In this document: positions 36,748 through 45,798 of the stretch, piece by piece
How the letters are laid out: each line of letters begins with the position of its first letter
Position numbering within the stretch: position 1 is the stretch's first letter
Assembly: GCA_903885965.1 (NCBI GenBank)
Contig: CAISKQ010000060.1
Coordinates: 21,220-85,219, forward strand
DNA: 64,000 nucleotides
Reading direction: 5' to 3'
DNA from: an uncultured bacterium
GTDB taxonomy: Bacteria; Patescibacteriota; Minisyncoccia; Moranbacterales; GWC2-37-73
The notes under the pieces: model-generated
Told to the model about the DNA's origin: nothing
What the model saw: the letters and a program-made list of their open reading frames with translations, nothing else
Database searches by the model: none
Program-made: the position numbers and the translations under genes

Positions 36748-37917
36748 TTAGAAAAAATTATCCGCTGTAATCAATCTCGTTTTCGCCTCTGGGTATCTAT
36801 TTTTAAAAGCCTTATTGACAGATCTTCTTTTGTATTTCACTTCCACGCCAATGATTTCTCCCTTTTTTTCCAAAACTACATCAATTTCAGAGCCTTGTTT
36901 TGTTCGCCAATAATAAAACTTCAAATTTGCATCACAATAACTATCTTGCTTTATCAATTCACTAATAATGAAGTTTTCGAACAAAGCCCCCTTGTCAGTC
37001 CGCGAATCCAAATCAGAGAAATCACCAATCAGGGCATTTCTGATGCCCGTATCATAGAAAAATATCTTTGCTGCTTTTGAAATTTCATCCCGCTTTTTCT
37101 TTGAATATGGATACAGCCGAAACAAAATAAAACTCTGCTCGAAAATTTCAATATAGCGTTTAATTGTCCGCTGATCAGCCTTTAAGCTACTGGCTAGCTC
37201 TGAATAATTTATAAGATTTCCAATTTGAAAAGCCAGCAACCTCAGCAAATCTTTGGCTAATTTCTTGTCCTCAATCAAATCCAATTCCAAAATATCCTTG
37301 AAAATTAAACTGTCCACGAAATTCAAAAGATATTTCTCATCGCTTGGACTATCTATTAAATGCGGATATTGCCCATAAACCAACACACCATCAAGAACAC
37401 TTTTCAAATCAAACCTGTAAAGCTGATCCCTGGGCTTGTATTTTTTATCATCTATTATTTTTTCAAGAATATTGAAATTCAGCTCTTTTTCAATTCCTTT
37501 CTGATTCAAATATTCAGAAAAAGTGAGCGGATAAATATTATAATCTATCTTTCTACCAGCCAAACTCTCCCCTGTTTTGTTTTTGATGTGAAAAGAAGAC
37601 GAACCTGTAATTATAATTCTCATCCCATCTAATTGATCATAGATTATTTTCACTGCCCTGCCAGGATTGCTCAAAAGATGAATTTCATCAATAATAATCT
37701 CTTTGGATTTTTCATTTATGAGCGTTTTGTAGGTTTCAATGTCATATGTTTCAAGAATTTTTCTAATAGGCTCGTTATCCACCAAAAAATAGGATCCTTT
37801 CGGAAATATTTTTTTGACCAAGGTTGTTTTTCCAACCTGCCTTGAACCAAGCAAGATAAGCACTTGCTTGTATTTTTCAAAATGTCGACTAAGTTTGAGG
37901 TCAAGATGTCTTTGCAT
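36748..37917 (-). CDS. AAA+ ATPase of the COG1373/DUF4143 family (paralog of 6945..8171).
   Basis: LILLGSRQVGKTTLV, EIIIDEIHLL, and the C-terminal domain typical of DUF4143 ATPases. Confidence 0.75.
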   Translation of the reverse strand: MQRHLDLKLSRHFEKYKQVLILLGSRQVGKTTLVKKIFPKGSYFLVDNEPIRKILETYDIETYKTLINEKSKEIIIDEIHLLSNPGRAVKIIYDQLDGMRIIITGSSSFHIKNKTGESLAGRKIDYNIYPLTFSEYLNQKGIEKELNFNILEKIIDDKKYKPRDQLYRFDLKSVLDGVLVYGQYPHLIDSPSDEKYLLNFVDSLIFKDILELDLIEDKKLAKDLLRLLAFQIGNLINYSELASSLKADQRTIKRYIEIFEQSFILFRLYPYSKKKRDEISKAAKIFFYDTGIRNALIGDFSDLDSRTDKGALFENFIISELIKQDSYCDANLKFYYWRTKQGSEIDVVLEKKGEIIGVEVKYKRRSVNKAFKNRYPEAKTRLITADNFF

Positions 37918-38006
37918 ATAAATATATTACTTTTTAATCATCTGATGTAACAAAAGATATATCTAATTATACACACACCACTTTTTTTGTCAAGCCATTA
38001 TGTCAA

Positions 38007-38036
38007 ATCTTAGCTAATTTGAGCCCTTTTGGCAAG
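38007..38036. repeat. Direct repeat copy 2 of the porB 3' end sequence.
   Basis: tcttagctaatttgagcccttttggcaagcat. Confidence 0.85.
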
Positions 38037-38147
38037 CATTAGAATTGTATAATGTATTTTGTATGATGTATAAAGTAGCTATGCGCTTCCCACGTCTATA
38101 CATCATACTTTCTACATAATGAAAAACTAACTTGTTTTTTCATCACA

Positions 38148-39635
38148 TTAAATACGGAATGGTTTCGAAAGTTCTTGTATGAACTTTTTTAATTTAATAA
38201 TTTCAACTTGCTCACCTGCTTGTGCAATTTTATCATGGTCAATCTGACTCGCTATTGCATTCCGATGAGACCCCAGGAGTGCTCTTTTTTTGTTTTTAGA
38301 TTCAGTTACTATTCCTTGCACATGTTGCTCACGCTCTGCCAAATTAAGTATTTTTGTATATCGCTCTAGTGCTTCTTTTCTTAGTTCTAAAAAAAATCCT
38401 TCGTCTTCAAGTCTGACAATCTTCTTCTTCCAATCCCTTAAAATCTCAAATTCCAATAAAGAAATTATTTGCTTCCTTGGCATGCCAAAGTTTTCCATTT
38501 TTTCTATCAAGGCTAAGCCATCAGAAATTCTTTTTTGATGGAGTTTTCGCTCTTTATCTATGAGTTGTATTTCCTCACTTTCAATATGCCATTCACTAAA
38601 AAATGCCACATCCGCTCCAAGATAATCATATAACCCGCCCTCCGACTGGCTTTCCAATAAATAAGCGCTGATTATATCAATAGGGGTTTCGTCTTTCAAG
38701 TACGCAAATATTTCGTCTCTTATTCTCTTATCGGCAATAAATCCAGTGTTAATAATATTAACTTCTACACAAAAATATTGAAAAGCTTTTGGAGAATTCG
38801 CCATAACCGCTTTAACTGTTTCATCCAACAGGCTCTTTAGCGTGTGCCTCTCTTCATGAATCCTAATTATTTTTTTTTGATCATCAGATAGCTCGCCACC
38901 TTTATTATTAATTCCAATTTTTTCGCCCCTTGCAAATCCTTCACTTTTCTCTGCCACCTCCTCTGATGCGTTATAGGCTTTTGCATAATCTCTAATGTCC
39001 TCACATTCCACAAGAAAAGAAGTAGCCCCTCTATCAATATGCACCTTCCCACACGGTTCTCCGTTGAATAATTTTAGAAATAATTCTTCGTCATCCTCTC
39101 CAGGAATTAGCGTCCCCTGTATTGAGTCCATTGTTTTATTCCGATCACAAAGGTGCCTCAAGAAAATACCATACCCTTGAATCTGAGCTGGGCTCAGTTG
39201 CAAGCCCGCTGAATAAGCAATGATATTTTCTTTCAATGTTTCTACTTTTTCACCAAACTTAAGCTGGTCATTCTCTTGAAGTAAGATATCCTCCAAATAA
39301 CAATTTAATTGTGAAATTTTGACAAACTGTTCAATAAATCTTTTTTTATATTCAACAATCCTTCGTGATTTTTCTGTTAAATATTCCTCCTGGGAAAGTT
39401 CTTTACGCTCGTCTTTGGTAAAATTATTTATTTTCTTTAATTCTTCTGCTGGATCAAAACATTCATATTGCTCAGCAATTAAAAAACTCTCATCCACACC
39501 CAACCATTCTCTTCCATACTTATTGTACTCATTCTTGTCTTCATATTCATCATCAAAAAAATCTAGCGCATACTCAACATCACTTTTCACAACGTCAGGA
39601 TTATTGTTTATATTTTCAAATACATTTCCACTCAT
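38148..39635 (-). CDS. Acidic hypothetical protein with an HExxH motif (possible metallopeptidase-like). The ORF-track start at 39701 reads through the porB stop, so the start here is the MSGNVF Met.
   Basis: IRIHEERHTL contains HEERH; no other family signature recognised. Confidence 0.4.
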   Translation of the reverse strand: MSGNVFENINNNPDVVKSDVEYALDFFDDEYEDKNEYNKYGREWLGVDESFLIAEQYECFDPAEELKKINNFTKDERKELSQEEYLTEKSRRIVEYKKRFIEQFVKISQLNCYLEDILLQENDQLKFGEKVETLKENIIAYSAGLQLSPAQIQGYGIFLRHLCDRNKTMDSIQGTLIPGEDDEELFLKLFNGEPCGKVHIDRGATSFLVECEDIRDYAKAYNASEEVAEKSEGFARGEKIGINNKGGELSDDQKKIIRIHEERHTLKSLLDETVKAVMANSPKAFQYFCVEVNIINTGFIADKRIRDEIFAYLKDETPIDIISAYLLESQSEGGLYDYLGADVAFFSEWHIESEEIQLIDKERKLHQKRISDGLALIEKMENFGMPRKQIISLLEFEILRDWKKKIVRLEDEGFFLELRKEALERYTKILNLAEREQHVQGIVTESKNKKRALLGSHRNAIASQIDHDKIAQAGEQVEIIKLKKFIQELSKPFRI

Positions 39636-39657
39636 ATGCAGTATGAAATTATTTATT

Positions 39658-40566
39658 TTAGCTAATTTGAGCCCTTTTGGCAAGCTTTTCGAAATTTTCA
39701 TTAACCGTCTTTTGAATTTCTTTAATCACCTCAAGATTTTTTTCTTTAAAGAGATGTTTAAAGCGTCCTTGGGTTTTCAGGAATTCTTCAATCGGCTTTG
39801 GCTCCTTCACAATATTATTGATGATATATTTTCCATCTTCTATTTCAAAAAGCGGCCAAAAATTAGTTTCAGTGGCAAGTTTTCCAATTGCAACATACTC
39901 CGAAGTTGGAAATTTCCAAATTTGCGTGCAAGGTTGCAAAACCAACAAAAAGGATGGACCTGGAGTGTTTAAAGCTTTTTGAGCTTTGCGTTTCAGGTCT
40001 GGCAGATAAGCAACATTAGCTTGGGCCAAATATTTGATCCCATGGGCTTTGACAATTTCCATCAAATCTTTGCGTTGCTGAGTTTTGCCAAATGACTGAC
40101 TGCCAACTGGAGCCGTTTCAGTGTTGGCGCCATATGGGGTTGCGCCACTACGCTGTCCTCCAGTGTTCATGTAGCCTTCATTGTCATAGCAAACATACAA
40201 AAAATCATGTCCGCGTTCGAGAGCACCAGAAAGCGCTTGCAGGCCAATGTCATAAGTTCCACCGTCGCCACCAAAAGCGATTATCTTGGCAGGATTTTTT
40301 AACTTTCCGGATTTTTCCAAAGCTTTTTGCGCCGCATCAATCCCGGCCGCGGTGGCTGCCGCATTGCCAAAAACACTGTGAATATATGGCACTTTCCAAG
40401 AAGTTGATGGATAAATCGTTGTTGTCACTTCAAGACAACCAGTTGCGTTTGAAACAATCACTTGCTCATCGGTTGCCCCCAGCACAGTCCGCACAATCGC
40501 CGGAATTCCACAACCCGCGCAAGTAGCATGACCAGAAGAGAATTTTTTGGTAAGATCTTTATTCAT
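39658..40566 (-). CDS. porB: Pyruvate/2-oxoacid:ferredoxin oxidoreductase beta subunit (TPP-binding).
   Basis: GHATCAGCGIPAI (Cys ligand region), GGDGGTYDIGLQALSGA (TPP-binding GDG). Confidence 0.85.
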   Translation of the reverse strand: MNKDLTKKFSSGHATCAGCGIPAIVRTVLGATDEQVIVSNATGCLEVTTTIYPSTSWKVPYIHSVFGNAAATAAGIDAAQKALEKSGKLKNPAKIIAFGGDGGTYDIGLQALSGALERGHDFLYVCYDNEGYMNTGGQRSGATPYGANTETAPVGSQSFGKTQQRKDLMEIVKAHGIKYLAQANVAYLPDLKRKAQKALNTPGPSFLLVLQPCTQIWKFPTSEYVAIGKLATETNFWPLFEIEDGKYIINNIVKEPKPIEEFLKTQGRFKHLFKEKNLEVIKEIQKTVNENFEKLAKRAQIS

Positions 40567-40626
40567 ATATAATACGGATTAGAACGAATTAATTACGGAT
40601 CGTCACAGATCACAAATTCACACAGA

Positions 40627-41055
40627 TTATAGATTTAATTTTAGTTTAGATATGAATGGTTTTCTATCATTTGTGCAAATAGATCTTTTTATTTCTAATT
40701 CTTGAGTACAAAAATTAACCAAATAACCAATTTCATATTTACTAGCTTTTAAATAAGATCTTTGCTGATTAATATCATCGACTCTCGTGAAGCTAGTCGC
40801 TTTAATTTCTACTATTATTTTATCTTCCACCAAAATATCTGGGACATATGTGCCTAATTTTTTTCCTGTTTCCAATGAATAAATATCGATTCTTTTTTGA
40901 CTTTCAAATTTTAAATTCTCTTTTTCCAATTCTTCTTCTAGGGCTTTTTGATAAATAATTTCTTTTAATCCCTTTCCGTATTTATTTGCAACATTATAAA
41001 AACATCCTCGCACTTTGTATGATAATTCTTTTTCCAATAGACCATCCTCGCTCAT
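40627..41055 (-). CDS. GxxExxY protein (TIGR04256 family, PD-(D/E)xK-like) inserted inside the por operon.
   Basis: GKGLKEIIYQKALEEELE (GxxExxY), then D...EIK (VEDKIIVEIKA). Confidence 0.7.
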   Translation of the reverse strand: MSEDGLLEKELSYKVRGCFYNVANKYGKGLKEIIYQKALEEELEKENLKFESQKRIDIYSLETGKKLGTYVPDILVEDKIIVEIKATSFTRVDDINQQRSYLKASKYEIGYLVNFCTQELEIKRSICTNDRKPFISKLKLNL

Positions 41056-41109
41056 AAAATATGAATCCGTGATTCGTGAACATTCGTCACAAATTCGTGA
41101 AGATCCGTT

Positions 41110-42279
41110 TTACACTAGGTATTTAACCTTATTATCAATCTCCCCATCTTCTAAATCCTTGAATACTTTTTCAATGTCCTTTTGCATCGTGTCGCGACCG
41201 CCGAGACCGTAAACATAACTGGCAAGGTCTGGCTTGCGACTTGAGCTGTGATAAAGGCTGCTCACAATATCTTGATAGAGCGGAGGATATGCCCCGAAGG
41301 AAATTGCGCGATCCAAAACAGCAATTTTTGGAATGTGGGACAAAACTGCACCAATTTCTGCGTATGGAAAAGGCCTAAACATCTTCACGCTAAGCAGGCC
41401 GACTTTTTTCCCACTCATGCGAAGTGCATCGACAACATCCTTGGCTGTCCCACCAGTGGCACCCATGATCACAATCACGCTCGTCGCATCTTGCAAATGA
41501 TATTGCTCGAACATTTCATATTTTCTGCCTGAAATTTTGAAAAATTCTCCGCAAATTTTTTTGTAAGCAAGCTTAGCTTTTTGCATCACTTTTTCTTGAT
41601 CAAGCTTGAATTCAAAAAAAGTGTTTTGCAGCGCCAGGGTTCCAAAAGTTGTCGGATTCTCAAAATCAGTCAGCGATTGCTGCACTTTCCTCTCGCCCAC
41701 AAACTCTTTCACAACTTGATCATCCAAAATTTCAATTCTTTCGGTAGTGTGGGAAGTGTGAAAGCCATCCATGATTGGCATCACAGGAGCGCCAATTTCC
41801 TCAGCAAGCTTAATCGCAATAATTGTGTCATCATAAGCGTCCTGCACCTGCTCGGCAAAAATCTGCACCCAACCCAAATCTCGCACCGCCATCACGTCGC
41901 CATGTTCGCCGTGGATGTTCAGCGGTGCGCTGAGCGCTCGAGAGCTGACGCTCATCACGATTGGCAAGCCCAGCCCGCTGACCACCGGCAATGTTTCAGC
42001 CATGTATAAGATTCCTTGTGAACTTGAAGCGGTTACGGCCCGCGCTCCTGCAGCAGACGCGCCAATTGTTGCGCTCATTGCACTATGCTCAGATTCCACC
42101 TGCACAATCTCAGCCTCAACCAGACCGTCAGCTTTCATTTTCGCATAAGTTTCAATAATAGTGGTTTGGGGAGTGATTGGATAAACCGCCATCACATCCG
42201 GTCGAATTTGCCTCCAGGCTTCAGCAACCGCATAGCCGCCAGTCAATGCTTTAATATTTTTGTTTTTCTTATTAGACAT
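41110..42279 (-). CDS. porA: Pyruvate:ferredoxin oxidoreductase alpha subunit.
   Basis: LTGGYAVAEAWRQIRPDVMAVYPITPQT; about 390 aa, typical PorA. Confidence 0.85.
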   Translation of the reverse strand: MSNKKNKNIKALTGGYAVAEAWRQIRPDVMAVYPITPQTTIIETYAKMKADGLVEAEIVQVESEHSAMSATIGASAAGARAVTASSSQGILYMAETLPVVSGLGLPIVMSVSSRALSAPLNIHGEHGDVMAVRDLGWVQIFAEQVQDAYDDTIIAIKLAEEIGAPVMPIMDGFHTSHTTERIEILDDQVVKEFVGERKVQQSLTDFENPTTFGTLALQNTFFEFKLDQEKVMQKAKLAYKKICGEFFKISGRKYEMFEQYHLQDATSVIVIMGATGGTAKDVVDALRMSGKKVGLLSVKMFRPFPYAEIGAVLSHIPKIAVLDRAISFGAYPPLYQDIVSSLYHSSSRKPDLASYVYGLGGRDTMQKDIEKVFKDLEDGEIDNKVKYLV

Positions 42280-42283
42280 AATA

Positions 42284-42613
42284 TTATTTTTTCATAATTA
42301 TCGCTTTCACTGGACAGACTTGTGCGCAAACTCCGCAACCCTTGCAATATTCATAATCAATCACTGCTAAGTCTTTTTCTTTTGCAAATTTGCCACTAAT
42401 TTCAACTTCTGCCTCACTACGCTTTCGCATTTCCATAACAGCCTCAGGACAATGTGGCACACAAGTGCTGCATCCGATGCACTTTGAAGCATCTACTTCG
42501 GGCTTCATATAGCGCCAATCTCCTGTTTTTGGCGCCTTAGTTTGGTCATGATTTATAATTGCTCCTTTTTCCATATTGGTACTAATTTTCACGAATTTAT
42601 GACTGATTTTCAC
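42284..42613 (-). CDS. porD: Pyruvate:ferredoxin oxidoreductase delta subunit (2x[4Fe-4S] ferredoxin).
   Basis: CIGCSTCVPHCP and CKGCGVCAQVCP. Confidence 0.8.
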   Translation of the reverse strand: MKISHKFVKISTNMEKGAIINHDQTKAPKTGDWRYMKPEVDASKCIGCSTCVPHCPEAVMEMRKRSEAEVEISGKFAKEKDLAVIDYEYCKGCGVCAQVCPVKAIIMKK

Positions 42614-42675
42614 GGAGCACGGATATCCGTGATATGTGTCAATCCGTAATCAATCCGTTTCTATCCGTTAAGTTT

Positions 42676-43248
42676 TTAGAGTTCATCAAACCCAGCCTCC
42701 ATTGCCTGAATATTTTTTTCTGTCAATTCCTTGCCTATTTTTTCCAAAAATACACCGCGAAAAACTTCCGCTGCACTTTCCAGAGAAACAACCTCAGTAA
42801 TCTTAATCAATTGTCCAACTAAAACCATATTTGGATTTGAGCTCCCGGTTGTTTGACTTGCCAGCCCATTTGCATCAATCGCATAAATTTTTCCCTTGAA
42901 ATGTGGCACGTCTTTTCTGATTTCCTCACTATCCCTTTTTGAATTTATAATCAAAACTTCGTGCCGATCAAGATTTTTTGCAACATCCTGACTTCCAATA
43001 ACAGTTTCGTCCATAATCACAACCGCGTCAGGATCCGTGACTGGCTCTTGCGTTCGAAGCGGCTTGTCAGAAATGCGCAAAAACATCTTAGTAGGAGCGC
43101 CTGACCTTTCTGGACCAAAAAAAGGAAAAGCTTTCACAAATTTTCCTTCATTGACAGCCGCATGCGCCACGAGTTCAGAAGCAGTCTTAGCTCCTTGTCC
43201 CCCACGGGCAAAAAAGATTATTTCAAATGTATCTTTGTTTAGTTTCAT
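42676..43248 (-). CDS. porG: Pyruvate:ferredoxin oxidoreductase gamma subunit.
   Basis: IIFFARGGQGAKTASELVAHAA, typical PorG N-terminus. Confidence 0.8.
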   Translation of the reverse strand: MKLNKDTFEIIFFARGGQGAKTASELVAHAAVNEGKFVKAFPFFGPERSGAPTKMFLRISDKPLRTQEPVTDPDAVVIMDETVIGSQDVAKNLDRHEVLIINSKRDSEEIRKDVPHFKGKIYAIDANGLASQTTGSSNPNMVLVGQLIKITEVVSLESAAEVFRGVFLEKIGKELTEKNIQAMEAGFDEL

Positions 43249-43334
43249 TTTTGTTTTTCTGAAGCTTTATCGTTTTAACTCTTTTCATTTTAGCATATTT
43301 TACTAAATCTGACACACTGCCAATTCTGAACCCT

Positions 43335-44297
43335 CTAGATATTCATTAACATCTGCTGCTTGAGCAATTTATAGGCGCTATCCATGTGCTTTTCTGTCAT
43401 AGTCCTACCATCATCAAGATTACTGTGATAAACAGTCATAAGTTTAGTATAATCAGCTGAGATGAGAATTATTTTTTTGCTCAGAGTCATAATATTAAGG
43501 ATCGGAAAACCAAGTCTTAAAAATTTCTCCTCGGAAATACAAACGGCCTTTCCATTCCCAACACAGTCCACAACAATTATTTTCTTAGCCTTTTGCATTA
43601 TTTTAAGATATTGTTTTTCGAAAACCCTAAAGCCTTGACCCCAATAAACTGGATAATCAAATGACAATTCTTCAGCTGCGGAAAATACCAACAACACATC
43701 TTCTAATAATATTTTTTCTTTTATGGCAATTTTCAAAATCAGAGCAACTCCAGATGCATTGTCTATCGCACCCATATTAATACTATCATAATGAGCAAAG
43801 CAAATAACCTTTGGATTCTTTCTATTGCCTACTAAAATATTAACCGCGCTGTGCTTTATCTTTTCAACTTTCACCTCTCCTTGAATTTTCTTCCCATTTA
43901 AAACTTTCTGCAAGCCGTCATGACCTAGAGCTATCGCTGGTGCAAAATAATGATTGCCAACTGAAACACCCTCACACATTGGATTGAAATTAATATTTTC
44001 CTTATCAATGAAATGTGCGGATGGAATCAAGGAACTTAGGATATTTTCTTTTCCTATAATTTTTCCACCCACAAAACTACAACCTTGAATGTCTTCCAAT
44101 TGTACTCCGTCTACTTTCAAATATGCCTTGTTTATTCTGGGAATGTTTAGTGAAAATTTTTGGTCAAAATACAACAAACCATTAGCTTCAAGGATTTCTT
44201 TTAGGACATCTTTAGTCCTCTTTTCACCTTCCAGCTGTCTCGGAGAACAATTTATAATCTTATTTATACAGTAAAAATAATTAAATGTATTTTTCAT
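43335..44297 (-). CDS. M28 family metallopeptidase.
   Basis: FAHYDSINMGAIDNASG, SAAEEL (metal ligands H, D, D, EE). Confidence 0.6.
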   Translation of the reverse strand: MKNTFNYFYCINKIINCSPRQLEGEKRTKDVLKEILEANGLLYFDQKFSLNIPRINKAYLKVDGVQLEDIQGCSFVGGKIIGKENILSSLIPSAHFIDKENINFNPMCEGVSVGNHYFAPAIALGHDGLQKVLNGKKIQGEVKVEKIKHSAVNILVGNRKNPKVICFAHYDSINMGAIDNASGVALILKIAIKEKILLEDVLLVFSAAEELSFDYPVYWGQGFRVFEKQYLKIMQKAKKIIVVDCVGNGKAVCISEEKFLRLGFPILNIMTLSKKIILISADYTKLMTVYHSNLDDGRTMTEKHMDSAYKLLKQQMLMNI

Positions 44298-44374
44298 AAG
44301 TTTTAGTGATATTTTTTAAAAGTATAACACTCTATTTAGCATTATCCGCTAAATAGAGTGTTAAATGCAAGAAA

Positions 44375-45424
44375 CTATGCTAAAGAGATAAGCTGTTGCG
44401 CTATATGCTCCGTCACATCATACAAGGCGTTGCTTGTATTTTTCCCTGACAATGAGATTCTCCTTGCCCAGTTCCTATCTTCAATAGCCCAATTTGGAAA
44501 CTCATTAAGCTTGGATGAAAAATCCTCCACCTGAACCCTGAGCGGAGTATCAATTAGCAATGGCTCGAATCCACAAATCTCCTTTATCTTTTTTATGTTT
44601 GTAGAAAACCAGGCTATGACTTTTGGATCTTCATCAACTGTTGAAGCTAAGGCATGCGAACCATCCAAAAATAACAACAGATACAAAAAATAGTACCAAT
44701 CAGCCTGTGGCCTCGGATCCTGCAAATCAGATGAAAAGTCAGCCTCCCATGAATTTACTTTTCTATCCTTAAGTCCGGATCTCACGAAAACATGTTTTGG
44801 CATATTTCTGCTCCTGCTAATCACCGATTGACTTGCAAGTTCCCTCAGTAAAGATGAACAATCAACAAGATGATCATTTTCACCAAAACTTTTTCTACGC
44901 ATAGCATAATGAAAATCAACAAGCTTCATTCCATCGCAAGTTTCCAATATATCTAGGACTTTTCCATCAATGTCAACTCTCTGATGTCCAGCTAGAATAT
45001 GTTCCTTATTTATGAAGAGTCGCTTATTTTTTTGCGACCTAAATAGATATGGAATTTTAATCAAGGATGCCTTGTATTCGTTGCTTGAAACATAAGAATC
45101 CCTGGTAAACGCCATCGACATAGCCCTCGTATTAAGCCCATTTATCGATAAAAAATCAGCTAAAAGATTAATCGCAAAATGCTCTATATTCTGACATGGC
45201 ACCTGTCTTGCCAAACACAAAGTGAAAAAATTTCTGCCACTAAAATATTTATCAGCAATTGCAAAAAAATTCTCAATTCCATACTCACTAAAGCAGAAAT
45301 CATTAACCAAATTTCTTATTTTGGTTTTTTCTTTCCTTCGTGCTTCAATCTCGTCAAATAATTGCCTAGTATTCATGCTAAACATCCTTTTTTGATTTAA
45401 GTTGCTGGAAATTCCCATTGTCAA
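44375..45424 (-). CDS. Hypothetical protein.
   Basis: ORF only; Arg/Cys content somewhat atypical for the window. Confidence 0.4.
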   Translation of the reverse strand: MTMGISSNLNQKRMFSMNTRQLFDEIEARRKEKTKIRNLVNDFCFSEYGIENFFAIADKYFSGRNFFTLCLARQVPCQNIEHFAINLLADFLSINGLNTRAMSMAFTRDSYVSSNEYKASLIKIPYLFRSQKNKRLFINKEHILAGHQRVDIDGKVLDILETCDGMKLVDFHYAMRRKSFGENDHLVDCSSLLRELASQSVISRSRNMPKHVFVRSGLKDRKVNSWEADFSSDLQDPRPQADWYYFLYLLLFLDGSHALASTVDEDPKVIAWFSTNIKKIKEICGFEPLLIDTPLRVQVEDFSSKLNEFPNWAIEDRNWARRISLSGKNTSNALYDVTEHIAQQLISLA

Positions 45425-45469
45425 AAGATTTTAAAAGAACGATGTTTTCAAGAGAAACAAAAAACCGAC

Positions 45470-45500
45470 CAGCTAAGGTCGGCTTCTTATTGCGAATTCT
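45470..45500 (-). terminator. Rho-independent terminator.
   Basis: CCGACC-TTAGCT-GGTCGG followed by TTTTTTGTTT on the minus strand. Confidence 0.55.
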
Positions 45501-45738
45501 GATTTAGCTCGAGAGCCTTTCACACCTCGCAAAAACAAACCGGCCTTGGAAGTCGGTAAACCAAAAAAAGAGAAATGATAAAGATTTTTGAAATTGTTTT
45601 TGCATAATATTAAACTAATGATAACAAACTAAACATTGTTGTCAATAGTGATATGCAGACCTACATATATCACAATGTAATTTTAAACAAAAAAACATTC
45701 TGCACCTTTAACTATCCTGCATTTGCAATCAAAGACAA

Positions 45739-45768
45739 CAAAAAATGAGACCAGAGGTCTCATTTTTT
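45739..45768. terminator. Bidirectional rho-independent terminator downstream of the DsbA-like gene.
   Basis: AAAAATGAGACC-AGA-GGTCTCATTTTTTTT. Confidence 0.65.
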
Positions 45769-45798
45769 TTGCTAAACTTTTCTAAAAAGTTGAAAAAA

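Noticed and set aside
36696-39690. Integron (attC/attI) interpretation of the porB repeat array.
   Set aside because: There is no IntI-like integrase in the window, and the repeats are exact copies of a gene's 3' end rather than imperfect attC hairpins. It is kept as a generic cassette or target-duplication finding instead.
34240-41110. Rex (redox repressor) operators next to the ZIP transporter and por genes (TTCACAA...TTGTGAA and GTGAA-N6-TCACAA).
   Set aside because: Half-site order or spacing does not match TTGTGAA-N4-TTCACAA. The motifs belong to a broader CGTGA repeat family that also flanks the GxxExxY insertion.
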